Assembly: GCA_031409335.1 (NCBI GenBank)
Contig: JANNWY010000039.1
Span: forward strand, 1-53,682
Length of the DNA: 53,682 bases
Direction of reading: 5' to 3'
From: Chthoniobacteraceae bacterium
GTDB lineage: Bacteria; Verrucomicrobiota; Verrucomicrobiia; Chthoniobacterales; Chthoniobacteraceae
Shown here: positions 8,740 through 19,839 of the stretch, in pieces
Position numbering within the stretch: the stretch's first letter is position 1
Layout: each line of letters starts with the position of its first letter
Position numbers and translations under genes: made by a program
Notes under the pieces: model-generated
The model's input: the letters and a program-made list of their open reading frames with translations, nothing else
Told to the model about the DNA's origin: nothing
Databases searched by the model: none

Positions 8740-9495
8740 ATGACTTTGAAGCAAGTAGCCGAGGCGTTGGTTTTCGCCTCACCGAAACCGATCACGACGC
8801 GGGAGATCGTGTCGGCCCTGCGTGCCGCGGGGGAGGGGAGCGAGCATCAGGAGGCGCTGGATTTCGCGAAGGTGAAAGAGGACGACGTGCTCGCGGCGCT
8901 CGCGGAAATCGAGGCGGATTTGGCGGCGACCGGGCGCGCATTCGCGCTGAACGAAACGGTGCGCGGATGGACGCTCATGAGTGATCCGGCGTGCGCGCAG
9001 TGGGTGCGCCAGCTTTACCCCGAGGCAAAGCCGACCCGGCTCACCGGCCCGCAACTCGAAACGCTCGCGATCATCGCCTACCGCCAGCCGGTGACGCGCG
9101 GGGACATCGAGGCGGTGCGCGGGGTGTCGGTCGATGGCGTGATGCAAATCCTGCTCGATCGCAGCCTCGTGAAAATCGCCGGGCGGGCCGAAGTGCCAGG
9201 GCGTCCGCTGCTGTATGAAACGACGGAGTATTTTCTCCAACACTTCGGGCTGAGGACGGTCGATGAACTGCCGAACTCCGCGGAGTTGAAGCGCGTGGTT
9301 TTGCCGAAGGCAGTGATCGAGGAAGAAGAAGTCGAAGCCACCGAACCCGCGACGGAAGCTCCCGCTGCCGAAGCCGAAGCCGAACCGGAAACCGCCGCGC
9401 CAGAAGTCGCCCCGGAGCCCGAACTGCCCGCGGAAGAACCCGCGCCCGAACCGGACCAATCTGAAATCAGCAATCTGAAATCTGAAATCGAATGA
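8740..9495 (+). CDS. scpB: Segregation/condensation protein B
   Basis: LETLAIIAYRQPVTRGDIEAVRGV...GRAEVPGRPLLYETTEYFLQHFGL; acidic tail ending in a heptamer array. Confidence 0.96.
   Translation: MTLKQVAEALVFASPKPITTREIVSALRAAGEGSEHQEALDFAKVKEDDVLAALAEIEADLAATGRAFALNETVRGWTLMSDPACAQWVRQLYPEAKPTRLTGPQLETLAIIAYRQPVTRGDIEAVRGVSVDGVMQILLDRSLVKIAGRAEVPGRPLLYETTEYFLQHFGLRTVDELPNSAELKRVVLPKAVIEEEEVEATEPATEAPAAEAEAEPETAAPEVAPEPELPAEEPAPEPDQSEISNLKSEIE
9458..9492. repeat. Heptamer array (AATCTGA)x5 encoding the ScpB C-terminus
   Basis: aatctga aatcagc aatctga aatctga aatcgaa; encodes QSEISNLKSEIE. Confidence 0.8.
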
Positions 9496-10568
9496 CTTTG
9501 CCCGAGATTCGCAAACACATCGACGCGCTCGACGACCAGCTCCTGCGGCTGCTCAACGAGCGCGCGAATCTCGTGCATGAAGTCGGCGTCGTGAAAAAAG
9601 CGGAGGGCGCGCAGATTTACGCGCCGGAGCGCGAGGAGACGGTGCTGCGCGCGCTCTCAGCGAAGAATACGGAACTCAAGGGACGCCTGCCGGAAAAATC
9701 CGTGCGCGCGATTTACCGCGAGATCATGTCGGCCTCGCTCGCGCTGGAGAAGGATCTGACGATCGCGTACTTTGGCCCGGCATCGACCAACACACACCAG
9801 GCCGCGCGGAGCAAATTCGGCGCGAGCGTGAACTACACGCCGCAGGTGAGCATCGCCGATGTGTTCGACTCGGTCGCGCGCGGCGGCGCGGATTACGGCG
9901 TGGTGCCGATCGAAAACAGCACCGAGGGCGCGGTGAATCACACGCTCGATGTCTTCACCGATTCCGATCTGCACATCTGCGCGCAGATTTTGATGAAGAT
10001 CGAAAACCATCTCGTCGCGAAGATTCCCAAGGACGAAATCCGCAAGGTCTATTCGCATCCGCAAGTCTTCGGGCAGTGCCGCAATTGGCTGCGGCTGAAT
10101 TTGCCAAACGTCGAACTCATCGAAGTCGGCAGCACCCCGCGCGCGGCGGAACTTGCGGCGAGCGAGCCGCACGCCGCCGCGATCACCGGCGCGATGGCCG
10201 CGGAGGTCCACGGCCTGAACGTGCTCGATCCCTCCATCCAGGACATCGCGGGAAACACCACGCGCTTCCTCGTCATCGGTCACAGCGCCTCGCCGCGCAC
10301 GGGCGAGGATCGCACTTCGCTGATGTTCTGCGTGCAGGATAAACCGGGCGCGCTCTTCGCCGCGCTGGAGCCGTTCAACCGGCTGAAAATCAGCCTCAGC
10401 AAAATCGAAAGCCGCCCGTCGAAACGCAAAGCGTGGGAGTATTTTTTCTTCGTCGATATCGACGGTCACGCCACGGACCCCGCCGTCGTCGAGGCACTCG
10501 ATCAATTGGAGAAACATTGCTCGTTCGTGAAAATCCTCGGCACATATCCGAAGTCTCCGGCAGCGTAG
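9492..10568 (+). CDS. pheA: Chorismate mutase/prephenate dehydratase (P-protein)
   Basis: IRKHIDALD chorismate mutase domain; PIENSTEG, SHPQ, NTTRF; ACT domain ESRPS. ATGA overlap with scpB. Confidence 0.96.
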   Translation: MTLPEIRKHIDALDDQLLRLLNERANLVHEVGVVKKAEGAQIYAPEREETVLRALSAKNTELKGRLPEKSVRAIYREIMSASLALEKDLTIAYFGPASTNTHQAARSKFGASVNYTPQVSIADVFDSVARGGADYGVVPIENSTEGAVNHTLDVFTDSDLHICAQILMKIENHLVAKIPKDEIRKVYSHPQVFGQCRNWLRLNLPNVELIEVGSTPRAAELAASEPHAAAITGAMAAEVHGLNVLDPSIQDIAGNTTRFLVIGHSASPRTGEDRTSLMFCVQDKPGALFAALEPFNRLKISLSKIESRPSKRKAWEYFFFVDIDGHATDPAVVEALDQLEKHCSFVKILGTYPKSPAA

Positions 10569-10576
10569 GGCGATTG

Positions 10577-11470
10577 ATGAAAACTGCGTTCCTCCTGTTT
10601 TTTGCGGTCGCGCTCGGCCTCGTCCGTGTGGAGGCGGAGCCTTCCCGCACATTCAAACTCTGGGAAGGCAGGCCGCCCGGTGAATTTACAGTTCCCGGCC
10701 CGGAAACCGTCACGCAACCAAAGCCCGGCGAAAACCCGCCGATCCTGCGCATCACCAATGTTTTCGAGCCGCGCCTCGAAATTTACCAACCCGCCGCCGA
10801 CAAGCAGAACGGCGCTGCCGTCGTCATCGTCCCTGGCGGCGGCTTCGGCATCCTCGCCTCCGGCCACGAAGGCGCGGAACTTGCCGAATGGTTTCGCGAG
10901 CGCGGTTTCGTCGCAGGGGTGCTCCAGCACCGCTGCCCCACGAATCAGCTCCCGCAGCCATGGCAGTTCCCCGCGCAAGACACCCAGCGCGCACTCAGCC
11001 TGCTGCGCGCAAAAGCCACCGAACTTAAAATCGACCCCGCCCGTGTTGGCCTCTTCGGCTTCTCCGCTGGCGGCCAAGTCGCGCTGATCGCGGCGACCAA
11101 CGACGAGCCGCGCCTTTACCCCGCCGCCGACGAGATCGACAGGACGAGCTGCCGCCCCGACTTCCTCATGCTTTGCTACCCGTGGAAAATCCTTGCCGAC
11201 CACTCGCTCACCGCACTCAAGCCCGAAGTCCGCATCACCGCCAAAACCCCGCCGACCTTCATCGCCCAAGCCAATGACGATACCGGCTCCCTCGCCGAAG
11301 GCAGCACGCTGGCCTTCCTCGCATTGCGAGCGGCGAAAGTTCCCGCCGAGCTGGATATCTACAGCACCGGAGGTCACGGATTCGGCCTCCGCCCCAATGG
11401 CACCCAAGCCCCCCGCGACTGGCCCGGTCGCGCGGAGCTGTGGCTGAAAGCGCGGAAGCTGATGCCATAA
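10577..11470 (+). CDS. Exported alpha/beta hydrolase (esterase/lipase-like)
   Basis: Signal peptide MKTAFLLFFAVALG; PGGGF oxyanion motif, GFSAGG nucleophile elbow, GGHGFG. Confidence 0.88.
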   Translation: MKTAFLLFFAVALGLVRVEAEPSRTFKLWEGRPPGEFTVPGPETVTQPKPGENPPILRITNVFEPRLEIYQPAADKQNGAAVVIVPGGGFGILASGHEGAELAEWFRERGFVAGVLQHRCPTNQLPQPWQFPAQDTQRALSLLRAKATELKIDPARVGLFGFSAGGQVALIAATNDEPRLYPAADEIDRTSCRPDFLMLCYPWKILADHSLTALKPEVRITAKTPPTFIAQANDDTGSLAEGSTLAFLALRAAKVPAELDIYSTGGHGFGLRPNGTQAPRDWPGRAELWLKARKLMP

Positions 11471-11536
11471 AGCGCGCGGGCTTTTCCCCGCGGCCCGGTT
11501 TCGCAGAGCTGGACGCGATGGCGCATCAAGAGAATC

Positions 11537-11610
11537 TGGCTGCCTCACTAGGACTCGAACCTAGACAAAACGATTCAGAGTCGTTTGTGCTACCATTACA
11601 CCATGAGGCA
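11537..11610 (-). tRNA. tRNA-Gln (anticodon CTG)
   Basis: TGCCTCATGGTGTAATGGTAGCACAAACGACTCTGAATCGTTTTGTCTAGGTTCGAGTCCTAGTGAGGCAGCCA: cloverleaf, GGTTCGA T-loop, encoded CCA. Confidence 0.97.
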
Positions 11611-11742
11611 AATCGGGCGCGCGGAAACTAGGCGCGGGGGCGGCGTTGTAAATTACTTTCTCGGCAGGGATGGCGACTCCGCGCACGGAATATCACTTGG
11701 TCCCCCGCGAGCGTGTGCTTAGTTTTCGCCCGTTTTTTTTAC

Positions 11743-14484
11743 ATGGCCACATCGTTTGCGAATCGGTTCAACGCCGATCTTTTGGAAGAGAATTATCAGC
11801 GCTGGCGCGTCGATCCCACCTCGGTGGATTCGACATGGTCTGCTTTCTTCGAGGGATTTGAACTCGGCTCCGTGGCGCTGAAAAATGGTGCGGCTGCCGG
11901 CTCCGCTCCCGCGCCAAAATCGGACGCGTCTTTGCAGACCCGCGTCGATGGGCTCGTTTACTCCTATCGCACGCTCGGGCACACCATCGCCCAGCTCGAT
12001 CCGCTCGCGCATGAGCGGCCGGAAAACCCGCTGCTGAGTCTGCGCGAACTCGGCTTTTCCGAGAAGGATTTCGATCTCACGGTCGGCTCCAAATTTTTCC
12101 TTGGCGGCAAGCAGATGAAATTGCGCGAGATGCTCGCCTCGCTCCAGGCGATCTACTCGGATCGGATCGGCTGCGAGTTCATGCACATTCAGAATCCGCG
12201 CGTCCGGAACTGGGTGCGCGAGAAGATCGAGAGCCGCCCGACGCTCCCGCCGCCGACCGCGGACATCCAGCGCAAGACGCTGCGCACGCTGATGAAAGTC
12301 GAGGCGTTCGAGAGTTTCCTGCACACCAAATACAAAGGTCAGAAGCGCTTTTCCATGGAAGGCGCGGAGTCCGTGATGGTGATCCTGAACGCGATCCTCC
12401 ACGACTGCCCGGTGCGCGGCGTGGAGGAAATCGTGCTGGGCATGGCGCATCGCGGGAGGCTGTCGGTGATCGCCGAATTTTTGAAAAAGCCGTTCAAAGC
12501 GATGTTCGCCGAATTTTCGGAGAACTACATGCCGAACACCGCCGCGGGCGATGGCGATGTGAAATATCACCTCGGCTACATGACCACGCGCCAGATCGAC
12601 GGACGCGAGGTGATGGTGCGGCTCAGCGCGAATCCGAGCCATCTCGAAGCGGTGAACCCCGTGGTGCAGGGCATGGCCCGCGCGCGGCAGCGCATCCGCA
12701 AGGACACCGCTGAGCGCGCGAAGGTGCTCCCGCTTTTGCTCCACGGCGATGCCGCATACGCCGGCCAGGGTGTCGTGGCGGAGGTGCTGAATATGTCGCA
12801 ACTCCCCGGCTATCGCACCGGCGGCACCGTCCATGTCGTCGTGAACAATCAGATCGGCTTCACCACGCTGCCCGCCGATGCGCGCTCGACGGTGTATTGC
12901 ACCGATGTCGCGAAGATGATCGAGGCACCGATTTTCCACGTGAATGGCGACGATCCGCTGGCCTGCCGCTTCGTCGCGGAACTCGCGTTCGAGTTTCGCC
13001 AGTCCTTCAAGCGCGACGTGGTGATCGACATGTATTGCTACCGCCGCTACGGGCACAACGAGGCGGACGATCCCGTCTCCACGCAGCCGACGATGTATGC
13101 GGAAATCGACACGCATCCAAAGGTCAGCCACATCCTTCGCAAAGACATGCTCGCGAAAGGCGCGATCGCGCAGGCCGATGTGGACGCGCTCGAAGCCGAG
13201 ATGTCCACGCGCCATGCGAAAGCGCTCGAGAGCGTGCAACAGGCGGAGCGCGAAAAAGCGATCAACTCTTTTACCGAGTCCACCGCGGTCTTTCAGCCAA
13301 AGTTCAACTTCGCGCCCGTCGAAACGAAGGTCGCAAAAGCGAATCTGCAACTCATCGCCGAGGCGCTCGTGCGCTTGCCCGAGGGTTTTCAGGTGCAGTC
13401 GAAACTGAAGAGTTTTCTCCTCGATAAACGCGCCAAGGCCTGGGCGAACGGCGGACCTTTCGACTGGTCCTACGGCGAGGCGCTCGCGCTGGGTTCGCTA
13501 CTCGTGGAAGGCACGCCCGTCCGGCTGAGCGGGCAGGACTGCCGCCGCGGCACATTCAGCCAGCGGAACAGCTATCTTTACGACCAGAAATCCCGCGACC
13601 GCTATTGCTCGCTCAAACACATCACCCCCGACCAGGCCAGCCTGTGCATTTACAACTCGCTCCTCAGCGAATTTGGCGTGCTTGGCTTCGACTACGGCTA
13701 TTCGCTGAACTACCCGGAGCTGCTCATGATGTGGGAAGCGCAATTCTTCGACTTCGCGAATGGCGCTCAGGTCATCATCGACCAATTCATCACCAGCGCG
13801 GAATCGAAGTGGCAGCGCCCGAGCGGCATCGTGCTCCTGCTCCCGCACGGCTACGAGGGCCAGGGGCCCGAGCATTCCAGCGCGCGGCTCGAGCGTTTCC
13901 TCCAGCTCGGCGCGGAGGAAAATATCCAAGTCTGCAATCTCACCACGCCCGCCCAGTATTTCCACGTCCTGCGCCGGCAAATGAAGCGTTCATTCAAAAA
14001 GCCGCTCATCCTCATGACGCCGAAGTCGCTGCTGCGCCTCGAAGCCGCCACTTCAGTGCTCGCCGATTTTACCAACGACTGCTTCCACGAAATCCTGCCC
14101 GCGCCTTTCACCGGCAAAGCGGAGCAGGTAAAACGCGTCATCCTCTGCACCGGCAAGGTCTATTACGACCTTCTCAAATTCCGCGATGACAACCAGCTCG
14201 CGACCGCGGCCATCCTCCGCGTCGAGCAGCTTTACCCGCTTCACAAGGACGCGCTGAAAGCCGCCGTCGCAGCCTTCCCAAACACCGCGAAACTCATCTG
14301 GTGCCAGGAGGAATCGCAGAACATGGGCGCGTGGGGATTCATGGCGTGGCAACTGCGCGAAATATTCAGCGGCCTCGCCGTCCGCTATGCAGGCCGCGGT
14401 GAAAGCGCCAGCCCGGCAGTCGGCAGCCTCGGCCTGCACAAGCTGGAGCAGAAGGCGCTGATCGAGCAGGCGTTTTCGATCTGA
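11743..14484 (+). CDS. sucA: 2-oxoglutarate dehydrogenase E1 component
   Basis: GMAHRGRL, GDVKYHLG, NPSHLE, HGDAA, RLSGQD, LLLPHGYEGQGPEHSSARLERFLQL. Confidence 0.97.
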   Translation: MATSFANRFNADLLEENYQRWRVDPTSVDSTWSAFFEGFELGSVALKNGAAAGSAPAPKSDASLQTRVDGLVYSYRTLGHTIAQLDPLAHERPENPLLSLRELGFSEKDFDLTVGSKFFLGGKQMKLREMLASLQAIYSDRIGCEFMHIQNPRVRNWVREKIESRPTLPPPTADIQRKTLRTLMKVEAFESFLHTKYKGQKRFSMEGAESVMVILNAILHDCPVRGVEEIVLGMAHRGRLSVIAEFLKKPFKAMFAEFSENYMPNTAAGDGDVKYHLGYMTTRQIDGREVMVRLSANPSHLEAVNPVVQGMARARQRIRKDTAERAKVLPLLLHGDAAYAGQGVVAEVLNMSQLPGYRTGGTVHVVVNNQIGFTTLPADARSTVYCTDVAKMIEAPIFHVNGDDPLACRFVAELAFEFRQSFKRDVVIDMYCYRRYGHNEADDPVSTQPTMYAEIDTHPKVSHILRKDMLAKGAIAQADVDALEAEMSTRHAKALESVQQAEREKAINSFTESTAVFQPKFNFAPVETKVAKANLQLIAEALVRLPEGFQVQSKLKSFLLDKRAKAWANGGPFDWSYGEALALGSLLVEGTPVRLSGQDCRRGTFSQRNSYLYDQKSRDRYCSLKHITPDQASLCIYNSLLSEFGVLGFDYGYSLNYPELLMMWEAQFFDFANGAQVIIDQFITSAESKWQRPSGIVLLLPHGYEGQGPEHSSARLERFLQLGAEENIQVCNLTTPAQYFHVLRRQMKRSFKKPLILMTPKSLLRLEAATSVLADFTNDCFHEILPAPFTGKAEQVKRVILCTGKVYYDLLKFRDDNQLATAAILRVEQLYPLHKDALKAAVAAFPNTAKLIWCQEESQNMGAWGFMAWQLREIFSGLAVRYAGRGESASPAVGSLGLHKLEQKALIEQAFSI

Positions 14485-14711
14485 CGGCCGCAACCGTGGA
14501 CCGCCTTCAAATTTTGCTGCCGCCGACGATTTTTGCGGAAAGCGGATACGGCAAACGAAACCACCATTCAGCGAATGGGCCGCTCCGAACACCCCGGCCA
14601 CCCGCAGTGGACGCGGAAATTTGCAGGATTGGTTTGACCGGCCAGCGCAGCGTCACTATTCCACACCGCGAAAATTTCCTGCGTTCGCGCGCGTGTTTTT
14701 TCGCGCCGCCA

Positions 14712-16389
<1,678 letters not shown>

Positions 16390-16467
16390 CGCCTCCGCCG
16401 ATGTTTCATCCGCGCTTTCCGCGGACGACCTGTTTTCCGAAAACGCCTCACCCATTCCTTTTTCTTT

Positions 16468-17599
16468 ATGTCATTCGACTTCAAATCCATCGACACCTCC
16501 GCACTCAAAGGCCGCGTCGCCGGCATGCGGAGGTATCTTTGACTTGCCGAAACTTCAGTCGCGCCTTGCCGAAATCGAGGGGCTCATGTCCGAGCCCGAT
16601 TTCTGGAACAACAAGGAACGCGCCCAGCAAAACGTCGAGGAAGTCTCGACCCTCCGCGGAAAAGTCGCGCCGTTTTTAGCCGTCGAACGGCAGGCCGATG
16701 ACCTCGCGGTCTTAATCGAACTCGCCAGCGAAGAAGCCGATCCGACCGCCGCGTCCGCCGAGGTCGAGAACGAGTACCACGCGCTGCTGAAGGCGCTCGA
16801 TGATTTCGAGTTGAAGATGCTCCTCTCCGGCCCGAACGATGGCTTCAACGCCTTCCTCAGCGTCCAGGCTGGAGCGGGCGGCACCGAGGCGCAGGATTGG
16901 GCGGACATGCTGCTGCGGATGTATCAGCGGTGGGCGGAGCGCCACGGATTTTCCACGTCGATCGTCGATATCCAGCTCGGCGAGGAGGCCGGGATCAAGT
17001 CGGCCACCATCTGCGTCGTGGGTGAAAACGCATTTGGTTTTCTCGCGACCGAACGCGGCGTCCACCGGCTCGTGCGCATCTCGCCGTTTGATTCAAACAA
17101 ACGCCGCCACACCTCGTTCAGCGCCGTCGATGTCGTCGCCGATCTTCCCGAAAGCGCCCCCATCGAAATCAACCCCGCCGAGATCGAAGTCGATACCTAC
17201 CGCTCCGGCGGCAAGGGTGGGCAGAACGTCAACAAAGTCGAAACCGCCGTCCGCGTCCGGCATCTTCCCACGGGCATCGTCGCCGCGTGCCAGAACGAGC
17301 GCAGCCAGGCGAAAAACAAAGCCACCGCGATGCGAATGCTCGCCGCCAAACTCCAGCAGGTCGAAACCGACAAACAGCGCGCCGACATCAAAGCCGGCTA
17401 CAACGAAAAATCCGACAACGCCTTTGGCAGCCAGATTCGCAGCTACGTCTTCCAGCCCTACCAGATGGTGAAAGACCTGCGCACCGGCGTGCAGACCAGC
17501 AGTATTCAGCAAGTCATGGACGGCGACATCGACGCCTTCATCCACGGCAAACTGCGCGGCCTCGAAGCCGGGAAAAGCGCGGACGACGATCTCGAATAG
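16468..17599 (+). CDS. prfB: Peptide chain release factor 2 with programmed +1 frameshift
   Basis: ORF1 [24 protein letters not shown] ends CTT TGA C at 16537-16543; the +1 frame continues DLPKL... with SPF and GGQ motifs. Confidence 0.96.
16529..16543 (+). promoter_or_regulatory. RF2 autoregulatory frameshift site
   Basis: GGAGGTATCTTTGAC: internal SD-like GGAGG three nt before the CTT-TGA slippery site. Confidence 0.93.
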
Positions 17600-17779
17600 G
17601 CGCGTGTAGCGAAAGGGTCGATCCGTGCATGTGTTCAGGAAAACTGAGGCTTAGCCCCGCATTGAGCTCTTCGCCTACATCGAAAACACTCTTCTCTGGG
17701 CTACCTTTCCCAGCTCAATGCGATTCAAATCTCACCCACAACATCTATATAAAATGGTCCAGAAATCGGTTGCACCTAA

Positions 17780-17930
17780 CAGCCTGTTGAAGAAGTCGCG
17801 GACTCCTATTCTGGACTCCTGCTCATGCTCCTTCTCTTGATCTTGATCCTCCGTTTGACAGAGTAACGAACCCTCGAATTGGGATCACGATCAAGAGCAA
17901 GAGCCCACCCCGAGGTTTTTCAACAGGCTG
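17780..17930. mobile_element. MITE 1 (151 bp), IS5/IS1182-like termini
   Basis: TIRs CAGCCTGTTGAAGAA / TTTTTCAACAGGCTG; CTAA on both sides (17776-17779, 17931-17934); interior holds inverted hexamer arrays. Confidence 0.82.
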
Positions 17931-18013
17931 CTAAAGGGTTTTCACACAGTCTCGCAGCTCGGGGACGAGTGCGGAGAAGCTCTCCAACCCTCGTTGCGCG
18001 TTCGATCCCGCGC

Positions 18014-19375
18014 TCATTGTCCTTTCGAAGGCAATTTCGCTTGGAGGTTCGCGGCGTCGTAGAGCCAGAGTAGTTCGTGGTCCGTCTTGCCGACGATTAG
18101 TGAGAGTGATCGACCGTCGGGTGCGAGGGTGGCATTTCGGAGGTATTTCACGATGCGGAGGGAGTGGGTGGCGCGTAGTTCTGGAAAGGCGAAACGCATG
18201 ACATAGTGATCGTGGTAGTCTTGCGTGATGAAGGTGCTGTTGTCGAAGACGACGAGTGCGCCGGTGGAGTCCGGCAGCAGCAGGACTTGCGAGATGGCTG
18301 CGCTGGAGGAAAAGCGATCCACGACTTTGCCGGTGGTGAGATCGATCAGGTGCAGTTCGCGATCCGAGCCCCACGAGAGGAGCCACTTTCCATCGGGCGA
18401 TGCGGCAACTTTGGGGCCTTCTATCTCGTCATGCTTTTTGATCGTCGCGAGCGTCTTGAGGGAAGGGAGTTCGCGCACACTGGCTTCACCGCGACCGGGA
18501 GTGATGAGCAGTCTGCCACCGGCTACAAACCGGCCTTCCAAGCCATTCACGGCAACGAATGGCTTGCCCAACGCCTTGCCCTTGACGGCATCCCAGACTT
18601 GCAGGTGCGCTTTCGGGCCATTTTCACCGGGGCTATCGAAGGTCACGAGCCAGCGACCATCCGTGCTGATAGCGAAGCCAATATAATATGCGGATGGCGC
18701 GGAGGGGTGTTTCAGAGGTTTGCCCAGCGGCTTCCAAGTCCAGGTATCGTAAGCGGTCACTTTATCCCCGACTAGGAAATGGCAACGGGAGCCGTCGGCG
18801 GTGAACGCAGCGGTCGCATTCATGTCGGGCTCTTCCGCGCCGGGAGAAGTCCTTGAGGGAATCTTCGCTTCGCGTGTGCCGGTGGAGACTTGGAAGACGG
18901 ACGCGAACTCCGGCTCGACGATGACAACGCGTTTGCCATCCGGCGAGAAGGCAGCACGCTGCGATTCTCCTTCCTGAAAAGCGGCCTCCAGAGGAGGGGA
19001 CAGCGCGTTTCCAGACGAGGTATCGAAAACGCGGCTGTGGCCATCGGTGAAGCCGATGAGCACGGCGCGGCCTTCGGGACTGACGAGATGCGCGGCGGCG
19101 GACGTTCCTGTCTTAAGTTCTCCGGCAACGGGTTGTCCGGATGCGGCATCCCAGAGCCCGATGTCGAGCTTGCGGGTGCGGATGAGCACACGTGTTCCGT
19201 CCCGGTTGAATTCCGCATGGGTGACTCCTTCCAAGTCGGCGAACGCGCGGGGTTCCGGAACATCTGCCGCGCGACTACTGGTGGCCAAGACCGCGAGATA
19301 AAGACCGAGTGCGGGAAATCCGAAGTGAGCAAGCGATGGCTGGATCATGGAAAGTGGCAGGCGAGATTGCTTCAC
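18014..19375 (-). CDS. Exported WD40-like beta-propeller protein
   Basis: N-terminal hydrophobic segment; repeated AFSPDG/SPDGKW blades with LWD/VWD ends. Start uncertain (19375 or 19348). Confidence 0.78.
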   Translation of the reverse strand: MKQSRLPLSMIQPSLAHFGFPALGLYLAVLATSSRAADVPEPRAFADLEGVTHAEFNRDGTRVLIRTRKLDIGLWDAASGQPVAGELKTGTSAAAHLVSPEGRAVLIGFTDGHSRVFDTSSGNALSPPLEAAFQEGESQRAAFSPDGKRVVIVEPEFASVFQVSTGTREAKIPSRTSPGAEEPDMNATAAFTADGSRCHFLVGDKVTAYDTWTWKPLGKPLKHPSAPSAYYIGFAISTDGRWLVTFDSPGENGPKAHLQVWDAVKGKALGKPFVAVNGLEGRFVAGGRLLITPGRGEASVRELPSLKTLATIKKHDEIEGPKVAASPDGKWLLSWGSDRELHLIDLTTGKVVDRFSSSAAISQVLLLPDSTGALVVFDNSTFITQDYHDHYVMRFAFPELRATHSLRIVKYLRNATLAPDGRSLSLIVGKTDHELLWLYDAANLQAKLPSKGQ

Positions 19376-19839
19376 AACTTAGCTCTTTCCAGCCTCGTTT
19401 CCAAGTCGCCCTTGGCAAGGAAGTTCGCCCCATTTTTTCACTCCCCGGTGTCATTTTGACTTGAGGCACGCGCGGCGTGGTATTGGCGAGATCGACGACT
19501 TCAAACCGGAAGCTGTTATTCATCGCCAGTGCGGGGGCAACGTAGCCCGCGCCGATTCCCGAAGCATTGGAAACGACCGCGGCTCCGCGGACCGCCGGAG
19601 AAAGGATGAGCAGGAAAACGGCAAGAGCGCCGGCGAGGCCGGGCTTCAACTCCGATCTGGGGAAACCGTGATGATTGCTCAACATCGTTTTTACCTCTGC
19701 AACGGCGCCGCGATTTCAGGCCTGCGGACGGGGAATTGTTAAACAAATGCTGTCCAAAAGTGGGCTCGATGGGATGAGCCTGCTTCTGGTCGAGAACCGT
19801 TTTTAGCAGGCGGCGGTCCGACCGGATGGCTCGAACAAA

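Noticed and set aside
11537..11610. tRNA-Gln as an integration site
   Set aside because: No integrase and no duplicated tRNA 3' end noticed in the window.
19275..19685. 136-aa minus-strand ORF with a signal-like stretch, and a weak hairpin at 19393-19420
   Set aside because: No recognisable domain and it overlaps the next gene; it may be a gene fragment plus an eroded REP arm, but the evidence is too thin.
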